Below, piece after piece: positions 37,009 through 46,838 of a stretch of 64,000 bases of DNA (within the stretch, counting starts at the first letter, position 1; every line of letters begins with the position of its first letter). The notes under the pieces were generated by a model. It did not search any database. It had not been told where the DNA came from and saw nothing but the letters and a program-made list of their open reading frames with translations. The stretch spans positions 937,215 through 1,001,214 of the forward strand of contig OZ243932.1 in the NCBI GenBank assembly GCA_965214035.1. Reading direction: 5' to 3'. A program made the position numbers and the translations under genes. The stretch comes from Gammaproteobacteria bacterium. GTDB taxonomy: Bacteria; Pseudomonadota; Gammaproteobacteria; JAJDYQ01.

Positions 37009-37731
37009 ATGCGCCAAATCGTTCTTGACACGGAAACTACTGGCCTGGAAGTGGGCCATGGCCACCGCATTATTGAGATTGGTTGCGTGGAGATTGTGAA
37101 CCGTCGCTTGTCAGGGAATAATTATCACCAGTATCTCCAGCCAGACCGTGAGATCGATGAAGGCGCGGCTGAGGTACACGGCATTAGCAACCAGTTTCTG
37201 GCCGATAAACCGCAGTTTGCCGATATTGCCTCTGATCTGCTGGCCTATCTCGAAGGGGCCGAACTGATTATTCACAATGCGCCATTCGATGTCGGTTTTT
37301 TGAATCGAGAGTTCAGAATGGTTTATGACACCGGGTTTGAGCTGGCGGACAAGTGCCAGATCCTCGATACCCTCGCCATGGCACGCAGAATGCACCCCGG
37401 CGTCAAAAATAGCCTGGATGCTCTGTGTAAGCGGTACGATATTGATAATTCCAGCCGTGATTTGCACGGTGCATTGCTTGACTCGGAAATCCTGGCCGAT
37501 GTTTATCTGGCTATGACGGGCGGACAGAGCTCGCTTTCACTGGATACCGATGAAGATGCCGGACAGGTACAACAACAGGTTGTTGACCGACTCAGTACCA
37601 ATCGTGCCAGTCTGCCGGTTATATCTCCCACGGCCGCAGAGACCGAGGCCCATGCCCGGTATCTCGATATGATTGAAAAGCAGTCGGGCTATTGTATCTG
37701 GCACCGCCATGAAAATGAGAATATAAATTAA
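37009..37731 (+). CDS. dnaQ: DNA polymerase III epsilon subunit (3'-5' exonuclease).
   Basis: MRQIVLDTETTGLE matches the exo I motif. The product is ~240 aa and lies downstream of rnhA. Confidence 0.85.
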   Translation: MRQIVLDTETTGLEVGHGHRIIEIGCVEIVNRRLSGNNYHQYLQPDREIDEGAAEVHGISNQFLADKPQFADIASDLLAYLEGAELIIHNAPFDVGFLNREFRMVYDTGFELADKCQILDTLAMARRMHPGVKNSLDALCKRYDIDNSSRDLHGALLDSEILADVYLAMTGGQSSLSLDTDEDAGQVQQQVVDRLSTNRASLPVISPTAAETEAHARYLDMIEKQSGYCIWHRHENENIN

Positions 37732-37797
37732 TTAGTAACTATAACTTATTGATTTATAGATAAATTAAAAATTGAAGAATCACATTCAGGTTCTATT

Positions 37798-38106
37798 ATG
37801 GTCGGCAGCATATGGATGATATTTTTATCTGCTCTATTGTTCTGGCTGCCTGTCTTTGGGCCTCTCATTGCCGACTGGGTCGGCGGGGTTAAGTCAGGCG
37901 GCCCCATGAATGGCATCATCGCGGTATTTTTTCCTGCTGTTGTCGTTGCCGTATTACTGGCATTGGGGCCGGCAGCTGCATTGACAGGCATTCCGGTTAT
38001 CGGTGTCATTGTTGGCGTTGTCGCCGCATTTGGGCTGTTCATCTTTATCGGCCTGCAAGTCGGTTTGTTGCTGGTCGGTGCCATCATTGGCGGGGTAATG
38101 TCCTGA
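37798..38106 (+). CDS. Small hydrophobic membrane protein (Gly/Ala/Val-rich, ~3 TM).
   Basis: Open reading frame with a TM-like composition. Confidence 0.4.
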   Translation: MVGSIWMIFLSALLFWLPVFGPLIADWVGGVKSGGPMNGIIAVFFPAVVVAVLLALGPAAALTGIPVIGVIVGVVAAFGLFIFIGLQVGLLLVGAIIGGVMS

Positions 38107-38175
38107 ATCGGGTTGGTGAAAATCCTCAGGGCCGAGGGACTTTGACAAGGGCAACACGGAATAATACAGCGGCTT

Positions 38176-40827
38176 ATGATTCAGGATACATTACGGTTAA
38201 TTGAGCAATGCGCTGATGTCGTCATTATTTCGGCAACGCGCCGCCTGTCACGACGCCTGCTGTTTGAGTATCACCGACAACAGCAGAAAAAAGGGCTGAA
38301 GGTCTGGCCAACCCCTGAAATACTGCCATGGTCAACATGGTTGCAGAAACAGTGGAAGCTGTTTGCTGTACGTACTCAGGATCGGCATATCCTGCTTTCC
38401 CGACAGCAATCGCTGTTGCTGTGGCAGTCCATTATCGAGTCGGATACCGATGGATTGATCAGTGTGCAGGCAACCGCACGACATGCACATGCGGCACGGC
38501 AACAGTTGATTGACTATCGGCTTGACCTGGATGATGAGCAGGCGTTGCAACGGTTTGTTCTTGACCATGATGCTTCACGCTGGCTGGAGTGGCATCGCCG
38601 GTATATTCGCAGGTTGAAAGAGAATGACTGGCTGGATGAGCCGGCACTGGCAGTAACAATGATCGATGCTGCATGGGATGGCGAATATGATATATCGGTG
38701 CCGCTTTGTCTGGTCGGCTTTGATGCCTTGACACCATTACAGGGGCAACTGCGCAAATGGCTTGCAGAGCGGTCTTTGTGGATCGAGTTGCCTGCTCTGA
38801 CCGAAAACTGTACCCGCCCGTTGCAACAGGCCTGCCTCGATACCAACCATGAAATTCGACAGGCGGCCTACTGGGCGCGGCAGCAGCTCGAAAAACCATG
38901 GAATGCCAGCGACGACCCCATCGGTATTGTTGTAGCGGGGCTTGAGCGACAGCGTGACCGGATTGAACGTGTGTTTCGGGATGTTTTTTATCCCGAGGAC
39001 CGCTATTCCATCACAGCATTGGATCGTTTCCGCAGTCAGGGGGTCCGTGAAGATGCCGTATTCAATATCTCACTGGGGTATCCCTTAAGCCGTGAACCGG
39101 TGATCGCCGCTGCCCTGGATATTCTTGCATTGTGTCGTCATCGATTTGAATTCGAGATTTTCAGCCGCGTTTTACGTTCAGACTATGTGGCAGGTGCTAC
39201 TGAATATGCCTCGGAGCGATCACTTCTTGATATGCGGCTGCGTCGTTATGTATCCGCCGAAATCAGTCTGAAAGATATTCTGGCTGGTCTGCCTGAAACC
39301 TGTCGGGCGGACTTTTCCGGGAAGCTGCAACAGTTGTATAAACGGCTGGAAAAGTGGCGAGGCAAAGCCAGCGCCTCTGCCTGGGTCGAACGCTTTCAAC
39401 AGTGTCTGGATATTTTTGGCTGGCCGGGCAAGGGGACACATAACAATGATCTGTATCAGGCTCAAAAGGGTCTGGATGATGTCTGGTTTGAGTTTGCCCG
39501 CACGGATTTTGTGCATGGGCCGGTGTCACTTGAATGGGCGCTATCCAATTTCAATTCACAGGTGACAGGCCGGATTTTTCAAGCCGGTGTCTCTGAGCTT
39601 CCGATACAGATACTCGGCATTATGGAGGCGGCCGGAATGTCTTTTTCCAGCCTGTGGGTCACTGGTATGTCCGAATCCAACTGGCCACCGTCTGCTCAAC
39701 CAAACCCTTTTATCCCATTGCAATTACAACGAGATAAAGGAATGCCGCACTGTTCGTCGCAGCACCAGTATGAATATGCTGAACTGCAGATTCGGCGATT
39801 ATTACAAGCCGCACCATCCGTCATATTCAGTTATTCATTATCTGAAGGGGAGGAGGAGTGTGCCCCCAGTCCGCTCATTGCCGACTTTCCAAAGGCCGAT
39901 GTGCCAGTGGTCATGCAAAAAGATGTGCCCGCACCAGCTTATGAGTATCTGCAGGATGAGCAGGGCCCTGAGGCTGATCGGCACCATTATCATGCCGGAT
40001 CCGGCTCTCTGCGGGATCAGGCGGCCTGTCCATTCCGCGCATTCATCCGTCATCGTCTGAAAGCGATTGTTCCTGAAGATCCGTTACCGGGCAGCGACCC
40101 CAGAAGCCGTGGTCGGCTGGTTCACCGGATCATGGAGCTGCTTTGGCAGCACTGGCGTCATTCACATCAACTCACGGCCATGAGCGATGAGGCACTATCC
40201 GAACAGGTCGCTGAGACGGTAGCACAAGTGTTGAGCAAACACAGAATGCTGAATCGAGAGATAGAAAAACAGCGCCTGATCAATCTGATACTGGAATGGC
40301 TGGAGCAGGAAAAACTACGCCAACCGTTTGAGGTGGTAGCCCTGGAGCAGGAAGTCCGCACATCAGTGAATGGATTGAATCTGCATCTTTATGTTGATCG
40401 CATCGACAGGCAGCCGGACGGTAGCTGCTGCATCATTGACTATAAAACCGGCAAAGCAAAGGTTGGCAACTGGTGGGGTGAACGACCCGATGAACCGCAG
40501 TTGCCGCTGTATGCCATCATTCAGCAGCAGCCGGTATCGACAGTTGCTTTTGCTGGTATAAGGGCAGGGGAGTGTCGCTATGTTGGACTGACCAAGGATG
40601 AAGAATCGTTCTCCATGCTGAGAACTTATCAAAACTGGGAAGCCATGTTGTCTGAATGGCGGCAGGTAATAGAGCAACTTGCAAAGGCGCATATCAGTGG
40701 CGATGCTGCAATTAATCCCAGGCAGCCACCTTTAACCTGTCGATATTGTGATGTGTATCCGGTCTGCCGGCTGTCCGAGTGGCAGCAGAGAAGGGAAGTG
40801 AAAGATAATAGCGGAGAAAAGAAATGA
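38176..40827 (+). CDS. AddB-like PD-(D/E)XK nuclease subunit of an AddAB-type helicase-nuclease.
   Basis: The product is 883 aa. The C-terminal RecB-like nuclease motif IIDYKTGK is present, as is the CxxC...C cluster (CRYCDVYPVC). Its stop overlaps the start of the UvrD-like partner. Confidence 0.7.
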   Translation: MIQDTLRLIEQCADVVIISATRRLSRRLLFEYHRQQQKKGLKVWPTPEILPWSTWLQKQWKLFAVRTQDRHILLSRQQSLLLWQSIIESDTDGLISVQATARHAHAARQQLIDYRLDLDDEQALQRFVLDHDASRWLEWHRRYIRRLKENDWLDEPALAVTMIDAAWDGEYDISVPLCLVGFDALTPLQGQLRKWLAERSLWIELPALTENCTRPLQQACLDTNHEIRQAAYWARQQLEKPWNASDDPIGIVVAGLERQRDRIERVFRDVFYPEDRYSITALDRFRSQGVREDAVFNISLGYPLSREPVIAAALDILALCRHRFEFEIFSRVLRSDYVAGATEYASERSLLDMRLRRYVSAEISLKDILAGLPETCRADFSGKLQQLYKRLEKWRGKASASAWVERFQQCLDIFGWPGKGTHNNDLYQAQKGLDDVWFEFARTDFVHGPVSLEWALSNFNSQVTGRIFQAGVSELPIQILGIMEAAGMSFSSLWVTGMSESNWPPSAQPNPFIPLQLQRDKGMPHCSSQHQYEYAELQIRRLLQAAPSVIFSYSLSEGEEECAPSPLIADFPKADVPVVMQKDVPAPAYEYLQDEQGPEADRHHYHAGSGSLRDQAACPFRAFIRHRLKAIVPEDPLPGSDPRSRGRLVHRIMELLWQHWRHSHQLTAMSDEALSEQVAETVAQVLSKHRMLNREIEKQRLINLILEWLEQEKLRQPFEVVALEQEVRTSVNGLNLHLYVDRIDRQPDGSCCIIDYKTGKAKVGNWWGERPDEPQLPLYAIIQQQPVSTVAFAGIRAGECRYVGLTKDEESFSMLRTYQNWEAMLSEWRQVIEQLAKAHISGDAAINPRQPPLTCRYCDVYPVCRLSEWQQRREVKDNSGEKK

Positions 40828-43800
40828 TAGCATCCGACCAGTTGGTGCGGGAGCAGGCTCTCGATGTCTCACAGTCTTGTATTGTGCAGGCACCTGCCGG
40901 TTCCGGCAAAACAGAATTATTGATTCAACGTTACTTGTCCCTGATGGCAGTTGTCAATGAACCGGAAGAGGTGCTGGCGATTACTTTTACCCGTAAGGCA
41001 GTGACCGAAATGCGCAACAGGGTCATTGATGCCCTGACTCGATCACAGCAGCCTGAGCCGGATTCACCACATGCCCGGCTTACCTGGAGGCTGGCTGGCA
41101 ATGCACTGGCGCACTCTGATGAGTGTGACTGGAATATCTTGAAGCAGACCTCCCGATTGCGCATTATGACTATCGATTCTCTGAATACCTCTCTGGTACG
41201 CGCCATGCCCTGGTTATCCGGCATCGGTGCGGATGCGAGTCTGAAGCAGGCACCTCAATATCTCTATGAAGAAGCAGTCTGGTATGTCATGGATGCCACC
41301 AAAGCCGATGAAAAAACCGGAGAGGCGTTACGGCGTTTGCTGCTGCACCTCGATAATAATGACCGCCGTGTCGTCGGTTTGCTTTGTGAATTACTGGCCA
41401 GGCGTGATCAGTGGCTACGCCACCTGATGCCACTGAAGCAGTTGTCCAATATGCAGGATATTCGCTGTTCACTCACAGATATGTTTGAGCGTGTTATTGA
41501 AAAGGAGCTGAACGATATGACTGAGGCATTACCGGCTTCACTGGGGCAGGATATGGTTGATGTTGCCCGTGAGAGTGCCCGGCGGCTTCTGGAGGCAGGG
41601 GAAGAGAAGGCAGAACATATTGATTGCCATGACTTACATGCTTTGCCGGGGACAGATATGGTGGATGTACCGCTCTGGCAGGCGTTGGCATGCTTGTTTT
41701 TGACAGAGGCCGGAAGCTGGCGAAAACCCGGTGGAATCAATAAGAAACAGGGTTTTGGGGCCGGCCAGGCAGGCAAACAAGATAAGGAACGATATGCATT
41801 GATTTATAATCGCTTGGTAGATAATGAAGATTTATTATTAAAATTCAATAATATAAAGAAACTTCCTCATGTCATTTACAATGAAAGGCAATGGCAGTTA
41901 CTGGAGGCGTTAGTTACGCTATTGCCGGTATGTGCGGCGCATTTACGGCTGGTATTTCAGCGCCATGGTGCCATGGATTTTGTCGAGCAGGCGTTGGCCG
42001 CCCGGCAGGCTATTGGAGATAGTGAGCAGATTACCGATCTGGCTATGAGACTGGATTACTCGATCCGGCATATCCTTATGGATGAGTTTCAGGATACCTC
42101 GCATTCTCAACTTAATCTGCTGGAAAAACTGCTTGAAGGCTGGCAACCGGATGACGGTCACAGCCTGTTTCTGGTCGGTGACCCCATGCAATCCATCTAC
42201 CGTTTTCGGGAGGCCGATGTCAGCGGTTTTCTTAAGGTGCGTGATCGTGGCATTGCCGCTATTCGTCCGCAGTCCTTGATTCTGAAATCCAATTTTCGAT
42301 CTACACCCATATTGGTCCGCTGGTTTAATGACATTTTTCCAGGAATTCTCGCTGAGCGAGATGATCTTTCTTTGGGAGGCGTCAGCTATTCGCCCGCTGT
42401 TTCTGCAGTTGAGGACAACGCCAATAGTGGTGTGCATGTTCACGCACAGCCAGACCGGAAGCAGGAGGATGAGGCCCGGCAGGTGGTTGAGATAGTGCAT
42501 CAGTATTTGAGAGATGAACCGGATAACACTATCGGCATACTGGCCCGCTCAAGAAGTCATTTGAGTCTGATCCATGATCGTTTACTCATGGAGGGTATTC
42601 CATTTCAGGCGGTAGAAATATTTTCTTTGTCGGGCCTTGCCGTTATCCAGGACTGGGTTTCTGTTACGCGCAGCCTGCTACATCGCCATGACCGTATCGC
42701 ATGGTTGGCCGTATTACGTGCGCCCTGGTGCGGTTTGACACTGGATTCTCTGCACCGACTCTGCGCCGATGAACCGGATAAAGATCTGTGGCAGCTAATC
42801 AATAATGTCGAGCGACAGAGCAGGCTGGTTGATGATGAACAACAACGATTATGGCGTGTAATCCAGGCTTATCGGCAGGTATTCAATCACGCGGGGCACT
42901 TAACCTTTCGTACCCGCCTGGAGTGGCTGTGGAAGTTGCTGGGCGCTGACCAGTGTCATGCCGGCTCAGGGCAGGACATTGAAGCCTGTTTCGACTTGCT
43001 TGAACAGTTGGAGCAGGGCAGTCAGATTACCCTGAAGTCCATTGAGCGAGGGCTGGAAGGGCTTTATTCGACGGTCGGTAACGATAGCAACTGCAGGGTA
43101 CAGTTGATGACTATCCATAAATCCAAGGGTATGCAGTTCGATACTGTCATATTGCCGGGGCTGGAGCGTGCTACACGTGCAGATAAGGAACCGTTATTAA
43201 CATGGCATGAGGAAATCTCGGCAGACTATGAAAAAAAATTGTTGCTGGCTCCCATATATGCACAGGGCAGCGATGATGCCAGCTTTGATTTTGTCAAAGG
43301 CCGGGAAGAACAAAGAAAGAATTATGAGACGCAGCGCCTGTTATATGTCGCTGCCACTCGTGCCAGACAGCATCTGCATTTGTTCGCAACGCTGTCCACA
43401 GGCCGCAAGGGAGACAAGCTGTTCAGACCCCGAGCCGGCAGCTTTCTGGGCTTTCTTGAATCGCATCTGCGGAATGAATTCACCACCGAGACAGCAGGCG
43501 AACCCGATGACGTGATAGAGGAGGGCGCTGGTCAAGCGGTCGTTTTCAACCGGGTTGCAGTGGACTGGTGTCCTGCAGTCGCTGCTGCAAACATTGATTG
43601 GCAGCAGGCGCTAAGCAGGGCACAGGATGAGGAACCTGTAGAGTTTTCCTGGGCCGGACAAAGTGCACGGTTGGTCGGTATCGTTGTGCACCAGTACCTC
43701 CGTCAATTCGCAGAAACAGGCACTGAACAGTGGAGCAGCTCCACCGTTCAGAGTCAGCATGATGCTGTTTCTGCGAGCCTGCAATCATCAGGGAGTCTGC

Positions 43801-44195
43801 CGGAAGGTCGGCTTGAAGATGCAGTCGAGCGGGTTATTAAGATATTGAATAATGTTATGCACTCGGACCGCGGGCGATGGTTGTTGGCCCCGCATAGTGA
43901 TGCACAGAGCGAATATGCTGTCAGCGGTGTACTGAATCAGCAGGTTATCAGCCGGGTTATTGACCGTACCTTTATCGACGACAGCGGGGTGCGCTGGATA
44001 GTTGACTACAAAACCGGTTCACATGAGGGCGGTAATCTTGCAGGGTTTCTCGATGAGGAGCAGCATCGCTATAGACCTCAGCTGGAAGAATATGCCGCAA
44101 TGCTGTCTGTAAGCTCCAGTCAGGAAATACGCCTGGGGCTGTATTTTCCATTGATGGATGGCTGGCGCGAATGGACATATGAATCATTTTCATAA
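40824..44195 (+). CDS. AddA-like UvrD/Rep-family helicase with a C-terminal nuclease domain.
   Basis: The product is 1123 aa. Walker A is AGSGKT. UvrD motifs are present, and the C-terminal motif is IVDYKTG. Confidence 0.75.
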   Translation: MIASDQLVREQALDVSQSCIVQAPAGSGKTELLIQRYLSLMAVVNEPEEVLAITFTRKAVTEMRNRVIDALTRSQQPEPDSPHARLTWRLAGNALAHSDECDWNILKQTSRLRIMTIDSLNTSLVRAMPWLSGIGADASLKQAPQYLYEEAVWYVMDATKADEKTGEALRRLLLHLDNNDRRVVGLLCELLARRDQWLRHLMPLKQLSNMQDIRCSLTDMFERVIEKELNDMTEALPASLGQDMVDVARESARRLLEAGEEKAEHIDCHDLHALPGTDMVDVPLWQALACLFLTEAGSWRKPGGINKKQGFGAGQAGKQDKERYALIYNRLVDNEDLLLKFNNIKKLPHVIYNERQWQLLEALVTLLPVCAAHLRLVFQRHGAMDFVEQALAARQAIGDSEQITDLAMRLDYSIRHILMDEFQDTSHSQLNLLEKLLEGWQPDDGHSLFLVGDPMQSIYRFREADVSGFLKVRDRGIAAIRPQSLILKSNFRSTPILVRWFNDIFPGILAERDDLSLGGVSYSPAVSAVEDNANSGVHVHAQPDRKQEDEARQVVEIVHQYLRDEPDNTIGILARSRSHLSLIHDRLLMEGIPFQAVEIFSLSGLAVIQDWVSVTRSLLHRHDRIAWLAVLRAPWCGLTLDSLHRLCADEPDKDLWQLINNVERQSRLVDDEQQRLWRVIQAYRQVFNHAGHLTFRTRLEWLWKLLGADQCHAGSGQDIEACFDLLEQLEQGSQITLKSIERGLEGLYSTVGNDSNCRVQLMTIHKSKGMQFDTVILPGLERATRADKEPLLTWHEEISADYEKKLLLAPIYAQGSDDASFDFVKGREEQRKNYETQRLLYVAATRARQHLHLFATLSTGRKGDKLFRPRAGSFLGFLESHLRNEFTTETAGEPDDVIEEGAGQAVVFNRVAVDWCPAVAAANIDWQQALSRAQDEEPVEFSWAGQSARLVGIVVHQYLRQFAETGTEQWSSSTVQSQHDAVSASLQSSGSLPEGRLEDAVERVIKILNNVMHSDRGRWLLAPHSDAQSEYAVSGVLNQQVISRVIDRTFIDDSGVRWIVDYKTGSHEGGNLAGFLDEEQHRYRPQLEEYAAMLSVSSSQEIRLGLYFPLMDGWREWTYESFS

Positions 44196-44447
44196 TGTGG
44201 CTTTTTGCTTCTGTGAATTAATTATGCCGAGGATTTTGGGGCGCTTGCCCGGCAGGGTACTGGGGTTGACCGCCCTGATTGTCGCGAAAGCCAGATATAG
44301 CAGGCGGCTGCTTTTGTCTCTGTTGAGAATCCCTGACCAGTTGAGCCGGGCATGATCCAGAAATGATCTGGAGTAGTGATTCACTGGTTGTGTGGGCAGT
44401 AGTTCCGCCCGTGCAATCAATACGATTTAGTCCAATGGTATTAATAT

Positions 44448-44801
44448 TTGATTATGAGCACGATGCAGACAGAGTTATACGATGCCCTTATAGAGGCTGG
44501 AGCGACTGAGGATAAGGCTCGTGCTGCGGCTGGAAGTCTTACTGATTACTGTAAAATGGACGAAGTTGCTGCGAAAGCGGATTTGAATGCACTGGAAGCC
44601 AGATTGACTTGGTGTATGGTAGTTATATCTGGAATCCTGTCCACTTTAATAATTGGTTCTGTTTCGGTTGCCGCAGGCGTTATCATTGCCTTTCTGTCGC
44701 CTAATCAAGCTGCTTTTGCTGTGTCGGATATTGACCAGGTAGCCACTAAAGCAGATGTAGCCGAGATTAGACAGAGTTGGCTAATCTTGAGACCGGTTTA
44801 A
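44448..44801 (+). CDS. DUF1640-like small coiled-coil / TM protein.
   Basis: The pattern TELYDALIEAGATEDKARAAA...KADLNALEARL followed by a TM segment fits the DUF1640 family. The gene lies in an AT-rich islet next to tRNA-Leu. Confidence 0.4.
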   Translation: MIMSTMQTELYDALIEAGATEDKARAAAGSLTDYCKMDEVAAKADLNALEARLTWCMVVISGILSTLIIGSVSVAAGVIIAFLSPNQAAFAVSDIDQVATKADVAEIRQSWLILRPV

Positions 44802-45134
44802 TTCGCTTTATGGTTGTTTCTCAGGGCATTTCTTCTGATGATATAATTTAACATAATATACATTATGCGCAATTATATTATTTGCAGGTTTGGGCTGTCA
44901 CACTGATTACAACTTCAACACTGTATATCACTACCCACTAAAACGACGATCACCAAGCCACCGTCCAGGAAGCATCTGAAATGACTTGCCTGTTGAAAGT
45001 GGCTTTGTCAGGAGGCGCAGTTATGATGTTTGCGGTAACTGAAACAGGATCGGGCGAACAGCCGCCGTTGGCTTACAGCAAAGCCGGAGCAAAGACATGG
45101 GGCCGATATGACGGCCCCACTATATGCCGGACTT

Positions 45135-45389
45135 TTAGTCCAGTTGATAACCTACACAGCGCAGCAGAATGATATAGGTTTCCAGACCGACGCCCATACC
45201 ATGCTCAAGGTGATGTACGGTAGAAACACTGATACCTGTCCGCGCCCGTACCTCTTCATGGGTCAACCCGGCTTTCAGGCGCTTTTCCTTGAAGTCCTGT
45301 CCGAGGCGAAGAAGTTCCTTGCGCGCGTACTTTTGCTCTTCAATTTTGGTTTTGTTTTTCATCATGCTCATTGTCTTAATAATCCTCAT
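45135..45389 (-). CDS. XRE-family helix-turn-helix transcriptional regulator.
   Basis: LKAGLTHEEVRARTGISVSTVHHLEHG is a HTH_3 motif. Confidence 0.55.
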   Translation of the reverse strand: MRIIKTMSMMKNKTKIEEQKYARKELLRLGQDFKEKRLKAGLTHEEVRARTGISVSTVHHLEHGMGVGLETYIILLRCVGYQLD

Positions 45390-45722
45390 TAAAAGTTTAC
45401 TGAGCAGCCTTTATAACACCTCATAATTTATGCGTCTCGTATATCGGGATTGAGATGTATTTTTTATATACAGAATCATATATGAGACACCTTGCCGGAG
45501 GCGCTGAATTTTATGCAATGATAATTATAACCCTTTATTTTATATGAAATTTATTATCTGGAGGAATAATCCCCGGCAAAACCCTTCTTATTGCATAGAT
45601 ATTACTTCCGCCATGATAATAAACATAAAATACAGGGTGCAATTATCGGCCTGTTTTTTATCGTAATAACTGGATGTCGCAGGTCAATATTGAGTGGTGT
45701 AAGTTGAAATAACTGGTCGAGG

Positions 45723-45808
45723 CCAATTTGATGGTGCCCGGGGCCGGAATCGAACCGGCACGGGGTTTCCCCCGAGGGATTTTAAGTCCCTTGCGTCTAC
45801 CAATTTCA
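45723..45808 (-). tRNA. tRNA-Leu (anticodon TAA).
   Basis: The reverse complement folds as a cloverleaf with a long variable arm. The anticodon loop is CTTAAAA, and the CCA end is present. Confidence 0.85.
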
Positions 45809-45940
45809 CCACCCGGGCAGATTGGGAGGTATTGTTGCGATATCAAGCCATATACGGCGGCATCATTTGCCCAAGAACCACCCTACCCTGTCTCTTTTTT
45901 ATCAACCCTTGAACGCATGAGAATCGGGCATTAAAAAATA

Positions 45941-46014
45941 TGGAGGCTGAGGGCGGAATCGAACCGCCGTCCACGGCTTTGCAGGCCGCTGCATAACCAC
46001 TCTGCCACTCAGCC
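45941..46014 (-). tRNA. tRNA-Cys (anticodon GCA).
   Basis: Reverse complement is GGCTGAGTGGCAGAGTGG...TTCGATTCCGCCCTCAGCCTCCA. The anticodon loop is CTGCAAA. Confidence 0.85.
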
Positions 46015-46122
46015 GGATAGCAATTTGTTTATTCCAGTGAAACCCCGGTCAAACTGGATTTTCTGCTCAGGAGGCGGGGTTTGCTTGATAAAAAACCCCG
46101 GCATGGCCGGGGTTCTATCGTC

Positions 46123-46198
46123 TGGAGCGGGAAACGAGATTCGAACTCGCGACCCCAACCTTGGCAAGGTTGTGCTCTACCAACTGAGCTATTCCCGC
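46123..46198 (-). tRNA. tRNA-Gly (anticodon GCC).
   Basis: Reverse complement is GCGGGAATAGCTCAGTTGGTAGAGC...TTCGAATCTCGTTTCCCGCTCCA. The anticodon loop is CTTGCCAA. Confidence 0.9.
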
Positions 46199-46256
46199 AG
46201 GCTGGTAGCCATCCTACAGAGCAATGACAGGACTGTCAAGTCTGTCGTTGCCTCAA

Positions 46257-46823
46257 TCAGCCATCAGTTTTTCCTTTTAAGGTCGGCCATGCGGCCATCA
46301 AGTAGCGAATCATTGACCATAGCGTCAGTATCGCGGCAATATAAAGAATCAGCAGCCCGATGGAGTAAGTCGATATCCGCCCAACAGGTGCCTCATACAG
46401 CAGTAGTGTGACCGCGGTCATTTGAGCGACAGTTTTTACCTTGCCGATCCAGGATACTGCCACGCTTCCCCGCTCCCCTGTTTCCGCCATCCATTCACGC
46501 AAAGACGAGATGGCAATTTCCCGTCCGACAATCACAACAGTCGATAACATGAGCAGGAATGAAGGATCCTGCTGTAATAACATGATCAATGCTGTGGTAA
46601 TCATCAATTTATCGGCGACCGGGTCCAGGAATGCACCAAACGGCGATGTCATCGCCAGCTTTCTCGCCAGGTATCCATCAAGCCAGTCACTGAGTGCTGC
46701 AAGCATGAAAATCACGGCGGCAACAGTTCTGGCCCCCGGAATCGGCAGGTAGAATATAACGATTAACACTGGTATCAGAATAATTCTGAATAATGTCAGC
46801 ATCGTCGGTATATTCGGCTTCAT
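46257..46823 (-). CDS. pgsA: CDP-diacylglycerol--glycerol-3-phosphate 3-phosphatidyltransferase.
   Basis: The product is 188 aa with the CDP-alcohol phosphatidyltransferase motif DWLDGYLARKL...FGAFLDPVADK. The uvrC-pgsA-tRNA(Gly-Cys-Leu) order matches E. coli. Confidence 0.85.
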   Translation of the reverse strand: MKPNIPTMLTLFRIILIPVLIVIFYLPIPGARTVAAVIFMLAALSDWLDGYLARKLAMTSPFGAFLDPVADKLMITTALIMLLQQDPSFLLMLSTVVIVGREIAISSLREWMAETGERGSVAVSWIGKVKTVAQMTAVTLLLYEAPVGRISTYSIGLLILYIAAILTLWSMIRYLMAAWPTLKGKTDG

Positions 46824-46838
46824 ACGTTGCTCAGGCCG

